The notes: generated by a model not told the origin, from the letters alone. DNA of 64,000 nucleotides from Verrucomicrobiales bacterium (GCA_027489875.1 JAIXZE010000077.1:33000-96999), one strand, 5' to 3'; shown: positions 38,886 through 48,558, counted from the first letter of the stretch. Numbers and translations: made by a program.

Positions 38886-39020
38886 GGGTGCATCTCGACA
38901 CTGCCCCCGCATGGAACGGGGTGGCGACGTCCTCGTCGCCTTTCCAAAGCCATGCCCAAGGCGATGAGGACATCGCCGCCCCGAATCCTTTCCAAAAGGG
39001 GGCAGTGTCAAGATGCGCCC
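38886..39020. mobile_element. MITE-like element, copy C
   Basis: TIRs gggtgcatctcgacactgccccc...gggggcagtgtcaagatgcgccc; perfect flanking ttccgagg duplication. Confidence 0.88.
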
Positions 39021-39052
39021 TTCCGAGGGCGGGTTGCCGGGCGGGGGAGACG

Positions 39053-39080
39053 AAAAAGCCCACGCTGGGGTGGCGTGGGC
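39053..39080 (-). terminator. Rho-independent terminator of sod
   Basis: gcccacgc...gcgtgggc followed by T5 on the minus strand. Confidence 0.78.
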
Positions 39081-39113
39081 CTGGATGACAGGGGGTGCCT
39101 GTGAAGGAACCTC

Positions 39114-39833
39114 TCAGGAGGTCAGCTTCTGGTAGCGTTCCTCGATGTACTCCCAGTTGATGACCTCGGCCAGGGCCGCGACGTACTCGTTGCGGCGGTT
39201 CTGGTACTTCAGATAGTAAGCGTGTTCCCAGAGGTCGACACCGAAGAGGATTTCGCGGCCCTGCATGAGGGGGGAATCCTGGTTCGGGGAGGACTCGAGC
39301 TTCAGGGACTTATCCTTGTCGACCGAGATCCACAGCCATCCGCTGCCGAACACGGCGAGGGCGGCCTTGACGAAGGCCTCCTGGGCTTCTTCGCGGGTGG
39401 AGGCCTTGAGCGCTTCGAGGATGGATTCGCCGAGGCGGTCGCCCGGGCTGGCGCCGTCGTTCTTCTTGAGGGCCTTCCAGAAATGCGTGTGGTTGACGTG
39501 GCCACCGGCGTTGTTGCGGACCGTGGTGCGGATGCGCTCGGGGACCTTGTCGAGGTTCTTGACGAGTTCCTCGGCGGAGAGTTTCTGGAGGTCGGGATAG
39601 TCCGCGATGGCCTTGTTCAGGTTGTTGACGTAGGCCGCGTGGTGCTTGCCGTGGTGGATCTGCATCGTCTGCGCGTCGATGTAGGGTTCGAGCGCGTTGT
39701 AGGCATAGCCGAGTTCGGGGAGCTTGTGGGGGCCGGTGGGAGCGGCCTGCCCGAAAGCGCGACCTGCGGCGAGGCCTGCGGTGGCAAGGACGGTGGTGCG
39801 AAGTGCCTGACGGCGTGTGAGGAGGAGATTCAT
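39114..39833 (-). CDS. Fe/Mn superoxide dismutase (Mn-type residues) with Tat signal peptide
   Basis: TRRQAL signal; HHGKHH, NNAGGH, FGSGW, NQD, DLWEHAYY. Confidence 0.92.
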   Translation of the reverse strand: MNLLLTRRQALRTTVLATAGLAAGRAFGQAAPTGPHKLPELGYAYNALEPYIDAQTMQIHHGKHHAAYVNNLNKAIADYPDLQKLSAEELVKNLDKVPERIRTTVRNNAGGHVNHTHFWKALKKNDGASPGDRLGESILEALKASTREEAQEAFVKAALAVFGSGWLWISVDKDKSLKLESSPNQDSPLMQGREILFGVDLWEHAYYLKYQNRRNEYVAALAEVINWEYIEERYQKLTS

Positions 39834-39974
39834 GGCGCGATCCAATGGAACGTGATGCGGTATCTTGGACGGAGAGTTCCCCAAAGCGTTCGAAGGCGCA
39901 AGGCCGGGAACCGGATGAACGCGGGATGACTTCTCGCTTTCCACCCGGGGGGGCGGAACGCAAACTCGACGCAC

Positions 39975-40355
39975 ATGAGCTCGCAAGTTCCGCCCGACCT
40001 GAAGTTCGCAAAGTCGCACGAGTGGGTCCGCATCGAAGGAGAGATCGCCACGGTGGGCATCACCGATCACGCCCAGCACGAGTTGACGGACGTCGTGTTC
40101 GTCGAATTGCCCGCGGTGGGGCGCGTGGTGAAGGCCGGCGAGGCCTGCGCGGTGGTGGAGTCGGTCAAGACGGCCAGCGACATCTATTCGCCGGTGGCCG
40201 GGACGGTGACCGAGGTGAATCCGGTGTTGGGCGGATCACCGGGTCTCGTGAATACCGAGCCCTACCAAGGGGGATGGTTCTACAAGTTGAAACTCAGTGG
40301 CGGAACCGATGGTCTGCTGAGCCCCGAAGCGTATCGGGCGCAGATCGGGGCCTGA
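39975..40355 (+). CDS. gcvH: Glycine cleavage system H protein
   Basis: SHEW, GITDHAQ, VESVKTASD lipoyl-Lys, PYQGGW. Confidence 0.96.
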   Translation: MSSQVPPDLKFAKSHEWVRIEGEIATVGITDHAQHELTDVVFVELPAVGRVVKAGEACAVVESVKTASDIYSPVAGTVTEVNPVLGGSPGLVNTEPYQGGWFYKLKLSGGTDGLLSPEAYRAQIGA

Positions 40356-40415
40356 ACGGCCTCGAACGGCGTGGCGGACGGATGCTGGGAGAAGCCTCAC
40401 GGACATTTCACTTCC

Positions 40416-41504
40416 ATGGATTCCGAGGCTCTTGATGGCCCCGTTGCTGCGGCCGTCTGCGTACCCGCGGTTCCTTCGCCGACGGATCCGTCCCCGTTGT
40501 TCGAACTCTTCCGTGGGAGTTACGCCACGGAATTGCTGGTCGCAGCGACGGCGCATCTCGGTGTTTTCCGGATTCTGGAGAAGGGTCCGCTACCCGAAGA
40601 ATCGCTGAGGTCTGCCCTCGGGTTGGCACCGCGCGCCTTCCGCGTCCTGACCACCGCATTGAGGGCGATGGGAACGCTCTGTTGTCCCGTTGAGGGAGTG
40701 CTCGGTCTGACGCCGTTGGCTTCGACGCACTTGGTTTCCACGAGCTCCTACCACGTCGGCGACTACTTCAGTCTGGCCGCCGGAAGTCCGGGTGTTCTTG
40801 CGATGGTGGAGAGGTTGCGCTCCAACCGGCCGGCCGTGGGAGAGTCGGGGGGCGTCGCCTTCATCTATCGGGAGGGTTTGGTTTCCGCGATGGATGCCGA
40901 AGCGGGCGCGCGATTCTTCACTTTGGCGTTGTCTGGTCGTGCGCGGAATGTGGCTCCCGTACTGGCGGAACAGATGCCGCTTGCGGGTGCCCGGCGGTTG
41001 GTGGATGTGGGTGGGGGAACCGGGGTGTATTCGATCGCCCTCCTTCGGGCGAACCCTGACTTGAACGCGGTGGTCTGGGATCGCCCGGAAGTGCTGCGGG
41101 TTGCCGCTGAGTTTGCGGAGGCGAGTGGGGTGGCTGATCGCCTGGAGTTGCGGGGGGGTGACATGTTCACGGATCCGTTCCCCCCGGGAGCCGACGTGGT
41201 CCTGCTTTCAAACATCCTGCATGATTGGGACGAACCCGAATGCCTGCGTTTGCTCCAGCGTTGTGCGGAAGGACTGCCTCCGGGGGGACGCCTGCTGATT
41301 CACGACGTTTTTCTCGACGATGATCTGGGAGGTCCGTTGCCCATCGCGCTCTATTCGGCGGCGCTGTTCAGCGTGACCGAAGGGCGTGCCTACAGCATTG
41401 CCGAGTATCGGCGGATGCTCGAGGCCTCGGGATTTGGCGTGACGCAGTGGGTCTCCACACGAGTGCACTGCGGCGTCCTGGTGGCGGTGCGGCGGGAGGC
41501 GTAG
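40416..41504 (+). CDS. SAM-dependent O-methyltransferase (family 2, dimerisation domain)
   Basis: VDVGGGTG, GGDMF, SNILHDW, PGGRLLIHD. Confidence 0.88.
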   Translation: MDSEALDGPVAAAVCVPAVPSPTDPSPLFELFRGSYATELLVAATAHLGVFRILEKGPLPEESLRSALGLAPRAFRVLTTALRAMGTLCCPVEGVLGLTPLASTHLVSTSSYHVGDYFSLAAGSPGVLAMVERLRSNRPAVGESGGVAFIYREGLVSAMDAEAGARFFTLALSGRARNVAPVLAEQMPLAGARRLVDVGGGTGVYSIALLRANPDLNAVVWDRPEVLRVAAEFAEASGVADRLELRGGDMFTDPFPPGADVVLLSNILHDWDEPECLRLLQRCAEGLPPGGRLLIHDVFLDDDLGGPLPIALYSAALFSVTEGRAYSIAEYRRMLEASGFGVTQWVSTRVHCGVLVAVRREA

Positions 41505-41520
41505 ACGGGCGTTCGAGGGA

Positions 41521-42945
41521 TCAGCGCGGTTCCAGCAATCGGTGGAAGGTTTCGAGGATCTTGGGAATGGCGTTGGTCTGGAGTGGGCTGGTTCTCAGCC
41601 GCCATGTCTCGTACGAGCCCAGGGCGTGCTGGCCCGGCGGTGGAATGTAACCGAACCATCCATTCGCCAGCGAGATGTTGAAGAGGGGGGACGGTGCCGC
41701 GAATTTCTTCAGCGCAAGACCGCTCTCCGCGAAGATTTCCCCCGGCCACTGGGCCACGCGGAGTGGGCCGATATGGAACATCTGGATCGGGAGGGTGAGC
41801 GTGTCCGGGTATTGATCGAGCAGGAGTTGGTCCCTCGCGTGGATCTCCGACCAGGACCGGAGTTGATCCACGGTGCGGCCATTCAGGAGACGGCGTGCGA
41901 CGTCGACTTCGGCGGGCGTGGGTTTCCGGACGGCGATCTGAACTTCCGCGGTCAGGCTTCGCAGTGGGATCCGTTGCGAGTATGTGAGTCCTCCGAGGAT
42001 GCGTGAGACTTCAAGGCTGAGGTCCTCGGCAACCCGTCGGATCTGGGCATAGGGCGGGACCGAGGGACGAGGCTTTCGGAAGTCGATGTTATTGATGTCT
42101 CCCGAAGTCCCGTTCGAGAGGATCGCGACGAAGGGAGGATCCTGTCGGGAGGCACCGATACGGTCAGTGATCCGGGTGCAGAACTCGCCGAAGTAATCGG
42201 CGCTCAGATGGCCAGAACCGGTCCCGCCCACGTAATGGAGGGAGTAATTGGCCAGGAGTGCCAGCGGCCGGCCGTCCAGGTGACGGACGGCGAGCACAAA
42301 GACCTGTGGATCGGTGGGGCCGGCGAAGTCCCGGTCCTCGGGACTGGGGGATGACCAGTTCATCTTCACCGCATCGCCGGTCTGCCCGAGGAGGTTGGTG
42401 TAAATGAGGCCCGGCTTGAGTTGGATGCGCCGGTTGAAGACGTGTTGGGGCAGGCTGCCTTGACCCCAGGCAACCTCGGCGGGAGAAAGGTTGTTGAGGG
42501 CGCGGCGCACGGAGTCGGCCACGGGGCCGGGGATCCAGGCTCGGTAGGCGTCGTCCGCTTCGGCCAGGTGGACGCCCGTGAGGGATCCCGCCGAATGGGT
42601 GTGGGTGGCGGCGATGCAGACCTGATTGGAACCGAACCCAGTGGCGGCATGGATCTGTGCCTTCATCACGTCCATGAGCGGACGGTCGATCAGGCAGTTG
42701 TCGATCTGGACGAATGCCAGGCGCTCTGTACCGGAGGTCAGGACCAGGGCGCGCGCGTGGAGTTCGTCGTGGACGTGTGTCGATGCGGCCGGGGCGGTGC
42801 CTCCATTCATCACCGTACCGATCCGCGGTGTGATGACCGCGGTGGCGGCACCCGCCCGCAACGGTGCGGGGAGCGGGGATTCTGCCGCGGCGGACCGCAC
42901 GACCAGCGCGGCGAGGCCAATGGCGCGAAGGAGGCGGAGGCTCAT
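41521..42945 (-). CDS. Neutral/alkaline ceramidase-like secreted hydrolase
   Basis: HDELHARAL, ATHTHSA, NYSLHY, SADY, GDIN, PGEIF, GYIP. Confidence 0.8.
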   Translation of the reverse strand: MSLRLLRAIGLAALVVRSAAAESPLPAPLRAGAATAVITPRIGTVMNGGTAPAASTHVHDELHARALVLTSGTERLAFVQIDNCLIDRPLMDVMKAQIHAATGFGSNQVCIAATHTHSAGSLTGVHLAEADDAYRAWIPGPVADSVRRALNNLSPAEVAWGQGSLPQHVFNRRIQLKPGLIYTNLLGQTGDAVKMNWSSPSPEDRDFAGPTDPQVFVLAVRHLDGRPLALLANYSLHYVGGTGSGHLSADYFGEFCTRITDRIGASRQDPPFVAILSNGTSGDINNIDFRKPRPSVPPYAQIRRVAEDLSLEVSRILGGLTYSQRIPLRSLTAEVQIAVRKPTPAEVDVARRLLNGRTVDQLRSWSEIHARDQLLLDQYPDTLTLPIQMFHIGPLRVAQWPGEIFAESGLALKKFAAPSPLFNISLANGWFGYIPPPGQHALGSYETWRLRTSPLQTNAIPKILETFHRLLEPR

Positions 42946-42952
42946 GTGGCGT

Positions 42953-43891
42953 TCAATGCATCTCCACGGAACACGAACCGATGCCGCCGCGGAAGTAGTT
43001 GAACTGGACATTCGGATGATCGGCGAGCAGCGACATGGGGACCGCGGTGTCCACGAGTCCCTTGGAGATCATGTAGGCCGTCAGTCGCTGTCCGAAGGGG
43101 TTGTCGTGGTTTCCGGCGTGCCAGATGGAAACCTTGTCGGCGAGCCAGGTTTCGACGGGGCCCACGGTGATGGCCTTGGTTGGAACCATCGAGATGTTGC
43201 CGCCGCCCGAGGTTCGGGCGTTCTGTGCGATGGTCAGCGGATGGAGATCCACCACGCGGGTGGCGAGGCACCGGTACTCTTCCTTGGTGGGTGGGGTGGT
43301 GGCGTGTTTGCCCTTTCGCGGCAAGGGATCGTTGAAAGCCCAGTGTTTGACGTCGCCCTGTCCGCCCTGCATCACGGCGCAGCGGATGCCGGAGCCCCAT
43401 GTGGCGCGGTAGGGGGCGGTGTCGGCCTTCGGGAAATGCAGGTGGGAATCGGGAATCCGGAGCTTCCGGTCGAAGCGATGGAAGCACAGCTCGCGATCGG
43501 CCCGCTCAAAGCTGAGCGGATGGGTGACGGGGGTCTCGCGACCGGTCTCGGGATCGAACCATTCGTCCATTCCCCAGAAGTGGCCGGCGCGGACGTCGAG
43601 CTGGAGGGCGTTGACGATGCGTGCGACCAGCGGGAGTTGTTCGGTTGGACCGATGGGGCCGCAGATGCCAACGGGGTTGTCCGCGGTGGATTGCCGCCAC
43701 GCGTCGATGTATTCGAGGGCTTCGGCGAGATAGAAGTCCTCCAGGGTGTCGTAGAGGACGACCTGGAAGCCGGGCCGCGAAAGCCTCTGGAGGTCACGGA
43801 CTGTCAGGCGGGCGACAGCATCGATGATCTCGGGATCCAGCGTGGTGTAGTCCCACCAAGCCGGGGCAACAGCGGAAGAGCGACGGGACAT
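42953..43891 (-). CDS. Glucosamine-6-phosphate isomerase/deaminase-like protein (NagB fold)
   Basis: [38 protein letters not shown]. Confidence 0.78.
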   Translation of the reverse strand: MSRRSSAVAPAWWDYTTLDPEIIDAVARLTVRDLQRLSRPGFQVVLYDTLEDFYLAEALEYIDAWRQSTADNPVGICGPIGPTEQLPLVARIVNALQLDVRAGHFWGMDEWFDPETGRETPVTHPLSFERADRELCFHRFDRKLRIPDSHLHFPKADTAPYRATWGSGIRCAVMQGGQGDVKHWAFNDPLPRKGKHATTPPTKEEYRCLATRVVDLHPLTIAQNARTSGGGNISMVPTKAITVGPVETWLADKVSIWHAGNHDNPFGQRLTAYMISKGLVDTAVPMSLLADHPNVQFNYFRGGIGSCSVEMH

Positions 43892-43933
43892 GCGGATGAG
43901 CCTACGTCGGGAGTGGGGTAAAAGGAAGGGGAG

Positions 43934-43964
43934 GATCGGGCTGATCGGGCTGATCGGACGGATC
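43934..43964. repeat. 9-bp-period tandem repeat with four GATC sites
   Basis: GATC at 43934, 43943, 43952 and 43961. Confidence 0.8.
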
Positions 43965-44034
43965 CGTCTTGGGATGGAGAGGGAATGGAGGTGGGCGGGG
44001 TGGACATTGGCGGGGTGGCCGGTAGGCTCGGCGA

Positions 44035-46362
44035 ATGTCGCGCATTCAACGGTGGGTTGGGTTGTTGGGGATGCTGATCTGTGGGCTGGCTTTCGCAGCG
44101 GAGACCACGACGAAGGCGGCCCCGGATGACATGAAGGCGGTGGATCCCGGGCATTCGATGCACGGGCAGGCTTTCAACGAGGGACCGCGGCAACGGGCCC
44201 GGCGGATGTCGGGAATGCCGGAGATCCGCTTCGAAATCACCACGACGGATGAAGCAGCGCGGGCTTTCTTCCTGCAGGGCGTGGGACAGCTGCATGGCTT
44301 CTGGTACCTGGAGGCGGAGCGGTCCTTTCGAGAGGCGGCGTTCCACGACACCAACTGCGCCATGGCGTACTGGGGCATGGCGATGGCCAACATCAACAAC
44401 GCGAAGCGCGCCGGGGAGTTCATCCGCGAGGCGGACCTGCGGAAGACAAACGTGACCCATCGAGAGAAGCTTTGGATCGGGGCGTTGAGTGCTTTCTACA
44501 AGGATCCGAAGCAGGACGAGAAGGAGCGGCGGCGGGAGTACACCCGGGCGCTGGAGAACATCATCTTCGAGTTCCCCGAGGACGTGGAGGCCAAGGCGTT
44601 CCTCGCCTTCCACCTGTGGGACAGCAACTACAAGGGGTGGCCCATCGGGAGCGCGCAGGCCGTCGAATCCTTGCTGAAGGAAATCTTTGCCGCGCAGGCC
44701 ATGCATCCCGCGCATCACTACCGGATCCACCTCTGGGACGGAGAGAAGGACGAAAGCGCGATCCGAGCGGTCCCTTCCGCTTCAAAGTCAGGGCAGAGTT
44801 CACCGGGGGTGGCGCACCAGTGGCACATGGCCGGCCACACGTTCAACAAGCTGAAACGGTACCCGGACATGGCGTGGCAGCAGGAGGCATCGGTGCGTGT
44901 GGACAACACGCAGCTGATGGTGGATCGGGTGATGCCGGACCAGATCCACAACTACGCCCACAACAGCGAGTGGCTGGTGCAGACCTACAACTACAATGGA
45001 CAGGTGACGCGCGCCCTGGAGCTCTCGAAGAACATGATCGAGATGCCCCGGCATCCGAATTTCAACACCTTCGACAAGCGGACCAATGGACTTCCCTATG
45101 ATAAACGGGGAACGGCAGTGCAGGGCCGGCGGCGTCTCATGGAAACGTTGCTTCGATGGGAATTGTGGGAAGAAACCCTGAGGCTTGGGGAGACGTTGTA
45201 TCTGGAACCGACGGCCTTCGCGGAGGAGCAGGGACGGCGTGCGCGGTTGCTCGGTCTGGCACATCTCGGATTGGGAGAGATCGAAGCCGCGACGACCCAG
45301 ATGAAGGCGATCGAGGATTCAATGGGACGGCTTCGCGAGGAGCGTCAGGTCCACGTGGACACGGCGGAGGCGGCGGCGAAGGCGGAGAAGAAGGGGCGGG
45401 GCGATGTTGAAAAGGCGATGGCGGAAGCCGTGAAGCGGACGAGCGAGCCGCTGGAGAACCTGGAGAACTACCTCGCCGAGTTGAAGGTGGTCGCGGACCT
45501 GAAGGCCGGGGAAACCAACGGAATGGTGAAGCGGATCGAGGAATTGAAAACGGTTTCCAAGGAGCGCCTCGCGGGTTGGTGGCTGCAGTTGGGTGAAACG
45601 AACAAAGCCCTGACTGCGGCGCGGGAGGCGGTCGAGGGTGGGACGAACCAGTTGCATCCGCTGGCTGTGCAGACCGATGTCTTCTGGAAGCTTGGGCAGA
45701 CCAATGAAGCGTTGAAGACCTTTGGATTTCTCCGGGAGCGCAGTGCCTGGACGGACCTTCCGCTTCCGGTGTTCCGTCGGTTGGAACCGGTGGTGGCGGC
45801 GGCTGGCTTGAGCAATGACTGGCGCGTGGCCCCGGCCTATCCGGCCGATTCCGGAAACCGCCCGCCCCTGGAGAGCCTCGGGTCGTTCCGTTGGGATCCG
45901 CAACCGGCCCCGGGGTTGGAACTGCCGGGCATGGACGGCAAACCGGTGCGCTTGTCCGACTACCGTGGTCGGCCCGTCCTGGTGGTGTTCTACCTGGGGC
46001 ATCGCTGCGTCCATTGCATGGAGCAGTTGCAGGCACTGGCACCGCGGGCTGGGGACTTCAAGTCGGCGGGGATTGAGATCCTTGCCGTCAGCACGGATTC
46101 GGTGGACGGGCTTGGAAAGGCTCTCCAAAGCGCGGGTCCCACCGGACAGTTCCCGTTTCCCCTCGTTGCGGACCCAGAACGGTCGGCATTCAAGGCGTGG
46201 CATGCGCATGATGACTTCGAAGGCACGGCGCTTCATGGGTTGTTCCTCGTGGACGGGGACGGGTTGGTCCGTTGGCAGGATATCGGCTATGAGCCGTTCA
46301 CCGACTTCCATTTCCTGCTGCCTGAATCCAAGCGGTTGTTGGGTATCGGACGTCGGGGGTGA
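44035..46362 (+). CDS. Secreted TPR-like protein with C-terminal redoxin (AhpC/TSA) domain
   Basis: [26 protein letters not shown]; APGLEL...[10 protein letters not shown]. Confidence 0.8.
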   Translation: MSRIQRWVGLLGMLICGLAFAAETTTKAAPDDMKAVDPGHSMHGQAFNEGPRQRARRMSGMPEIRFEITTTDEAARAFFLQGVGQLHGFWYLEAERSFREAAFHDTNCAMAYWGMAMANINNAKRAGEFIREADLRKTNVTHREKLWIGALSAFYKDPKQDEKERRREYTRALENIIFEFPEDVEAKAFLAFHLWDSNYKGWPIGSAQAVESLLKEIFAAQAMHPAHHYRIHLWDGEKDESAIRAVPSASKSGQSSPGVAHQWHMAGHTFNKLKRYPDMAWQQEASVRVDNTQLMVDRVMPDQIHNYAHNSEWLVQTYNYNGQVTRALELSKNMIEMPRHPNFNTFDKRTNGLPYDKRGTAVQGRRRLMETLLRWELWEETLRLGETLYLEPTAFAEEQGRRARLLGLAHLGLGEIEAATTQMKAIEDSMGRLREERQVHVDTAEAAAKAEKKGRGDVEKAMAEAVKRTSEPLENLENYLAELKVVADLKAGETNGMVKRIEELKTVSKERLAGWWLQLGETNKALTAAREAVEGGTNQLHPLAVQTDVFWKLGQTNEALKTFGFLRERSAWTDLPLPVFRRLEPVVAAAGLSNDWRVAPAYPADSGNRPPLESLGSFRWDPQPAPGLELPGMDGKPVRLSDYRGRPVLVVFYLGHRCVHCMEQLQALAPRAGDFKSAGIEILAVSTDSVDGLGKALQSAGPTGQFPFPLVADPERSAFKAWHAHDDFEGTALHGLFLVDGDGLVRWQDIGYEPFTDFHFLLPESKRLLGIGRRG

Positions 46363-46428
46363 GCGGGGGCGCAGGTGGGTGGACCCTGACGTTGCCACCG
46401 ACAGGTGGGGCGTGCATTGTCGCGGGCG

Positions 46429-47172
46429 ATGTCGGCGGACAAGCCTGAATTCAAGAACTTCAAGGAAGCATTCTGCGCGTACCACCGGTGCCCGGAGGCG
46501 GCGTACACGCGCAAGGCGTTGTTTCAGGGAATACCCTTTTACCTCCGCCCGTTCGCCTACCCCATCTACCTGTTCAACCGGTCCTTTTTCGCAATCGACG
46601 TTGGAATTCTGGACAGCCTTGCCGAAGCCCGAAGCGAGGAGGAGTTCACAGGTGTTCTGGATGAATTGTCCGCGACCAGTCGGGTGGAACGATCGATACG
46701 CCGGGGTGTGATCGGGATCCGCCTTTCCGGGACCTGCCTGATGTCGGAATGGGATCAGGTGGCCAAATACGTGCGCCCTCCGGAGTCCAAGGCCGGCGAG
46801 GTGGGCCGGGTGACGCCGAGGACAACCATCGAGCGGCCGGTGGCTTCGGAATCGATCTCGCGTGAGGCACCTTTGCCGGCGGTGGTTGCCCGGCGGCTTC
46901 ATCGTGCGGCGACGGATGTGACGACCGGGAAGTCGATGGACCAGGCCGCGATGGACGCGGGGTTGGCCGGTGAAGCCGAGTTCCGGAAGTTGTTGTCGCA
47001 GCACTGCGGCAATGACCCCGCGTTGCGATGGCTCAATAACCAACTGGAGCAGTCGGTGCGCATCCGTGAGTTGGAGAACGAGGTAGCCGCGTTGCGGGTG
47101 CAGTTGGGGGAACGGGAGCTTCTGATCCGCGAACTTCAGGGGGGTGGATCTCCACCACACGGTTCAGGTTGA
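46429..47172 (+). CDS. Hypothetical protein with C-terminal HTH-like segment and coiled coil
   Basis: Long ORF with typical codon usage; GKSMDQAAMDAGLAGEAEFRKLL. Confidence 0.6.
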   Translation: MSADKPEFKNFKEAFCAYHRCPEAAYTRKALFQGIPFYLRPFAYPIYLFNRSFFAIDVGILDSLAEARSEEEFTGVLDELSATSRVERSIRRGVIGIRLSGTCLMSEWDQVAKYVRPPESKAGEVGRVTPRTTIERPVASESISREAPLPAVVARRLHRAATDVTTGKSMDQAAMDAGLAGEAEFRKLLSQHCGNDPALRWLNNQLEQSVRIRELENEVAALRVQLGERELLIRELQGGGSPPHGSG

Positions 47173-47292
47173 ACGCTGCGGGCCTTTTTCGGTCCACGGA
47201 TTTCAGATTTCACAGAATCCTGCCCTGATGGCTCGCTTACGGGGGGGCTGTGGGTTGTGGGATTCCGGACAAACTGATTCATCGAGAGCACC

Positions 47293-47826
47293 ATGAAACG
47301 AATGAGTCTCGGAGTAGCTTGGATGGCCCTGTCCTTTTTTGCTTTCGTGGAGCTCCTGTTGGCGATGCCGGTTGCCTGGTGGTTGTACGCTTCACTCGTG
47401 CCGCTGTTTGCGTTCGGCCTTCACGAGAAAGCTCCGTTGCGGGAGCAGCGGGGCGGGATGAAGCATTTCGGTGTGGTGGTCGCGTTGATGGCTACCCTTC
47501 ATTTTGTGCCGTGGACGAGTCGGAAACCGTTCCTGCGCGACCTGGACAGGATTCAACCCGGAATGACCGAGACGGATGTCCGGCGGATCATGGGACGATA
47601 TATCGAGGGAACAGGTTGGCCGGCCATGCCCGAGGAGGGGACTGGGACCCTGACGGACCTTGGCTCCGGTGAGACCCATCGGGCGGGGACTTCGACAAAT
47701 GGTCAACTGGTACTTCGGGAATCGCTGGTCTTCCGACACACGAAGGAGAGTCCTTTTGAGTCGGACTGGGGGATCGTCAAGATGACTGGGGGTCGGGTCA
47801 CGGGTGTTTCCTTCAGTCCTGATTGA
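47293..47826 (+). CDS. Hypothetical membrane protein with SmpA/OmlA-like motif
   Basis: Three N-terminal TMs; RIQPGMTETDVRRIMG. Confidence 0.6.
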   Translation: MKRMSLGVAWMALSFFAFVELLLAMPVAWWLYASLVPLFAFGLHEKAPLREQRGGMKHFGVVVALMATLHFVPWTSRKPFLRDLDRIQPGMTETDVRRIMGRYIEGTGWPAMPEEGTGTLTDLGSGETHRAGTSTNGQLVLRESLVFRHTKESPFESDWGIVKMTGGRVTGVSFSPD

Positions 47827-47850
47827 TTGGGCCTGCCGCCACTGGAAGTC

Positions 47851-47953
47851 GGGGTGGCGACGTCCTCGTCGCCGTTCCAAAGCCATCCCCAAGGCGATGA
47901 GGACATCGCCGCCCCGAATCCTTTCCAAAAGGGGGCAGTGTCAGGATGCATCC
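47851..47953. mobile_element. MITE-like element, copy D (left TIR missing)
   Basis: Both internal hairpins present plus a degenerate right TIR gggggcagtgtcaggatgcatcc. Confidence 0.8.
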
Positions 47954-48045
47954 TTTGAATGGAACGGATGGAACGGTTTCTTGCTCTGGGGGTGCGGACT
48001 TCGATAGGATCCACACAACCGGGAAGAGTTTTTCAAAAAGACCAC

Positions 48046-48558
48046 ATGGCCATTTACCTGAGTGCAGACGAGATCGGCGCGGACCTGAAGGAAATCGGAT
48101 ATCCGCATTTGCGGTCGTGCATGGGGGTCACGCTCGTCATGGGGGATGGGAGCCTGATTGGGGCCAACTTCGGGGTGGCGTCGAGCGCACCGGAGACGGC
48201 CGCGCGGTTGATGGCGCTGATTCAGGCGAAGCCGGGAATGACGATCCGTTGCATGTACGTCACGGGTGACTTTACGGCGCACGAGCGCCATGGAGGCTGC
48301 GATGCGATGGGGAAGGCCCAGTTGATCGGTTACCACGGAAAGATCGCCTGTTTTGACACTTCCTCTGCGGGGTACGCCGAGGGTGCGTTCGTGAAGTTGA
48401 CCAGTCAGGGGCCGGTGTACGCTGCGGTGGTGGAGTACAAGGCCGATGAGCGCATGGCGTACGAGACTTCGGGCGGTGAGGGTGGGACGGTGACGGGTGC
48501 CGCGACGCGCAGTGGCAACGACCTGCATCGTGCAAAGCTCAAGTATCTGACTGCTTGA
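48046..48558 (+). CDS. Hypothetical protein, possible CheD/CNF1-like fold
   Basis: GYPHLRSCMGVTLVMGDGSLIGANF. Confidence 0.55.
   Translation: MAIYLSADEIGADLKEIGYPHLRSCMGVTLVMGDGSLIGANFGVASSAPETAARLMALIQAKPGMTIRCMYVTGDFTAHERHGGCDAMGKAQLIGYHGKIACFDTSSAGYAEGAFVKLTSQGPVYAAVVEYKADERMAYETSGGEGGTVTGAATRSGNDLHRAKLKYLTA

Noticed and set aside
38816-38995. Exosortase N-terminal extension MERIRGGDVLIALG...
   Set aside because: It is translated MITE sequence; the same peptide appears at other copies (e.g. ORF 47392-47928).
39975-40355. Stand-alone gcvH as a novel system
   Set aside because: Dispersed gcv genes are common; nothing in the neighbourhood supports a special role.
45319-47160. 613-aa minus-strand ORF
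   Set aside because: Antisense to two better-supported plus-strand genes; no motifs.
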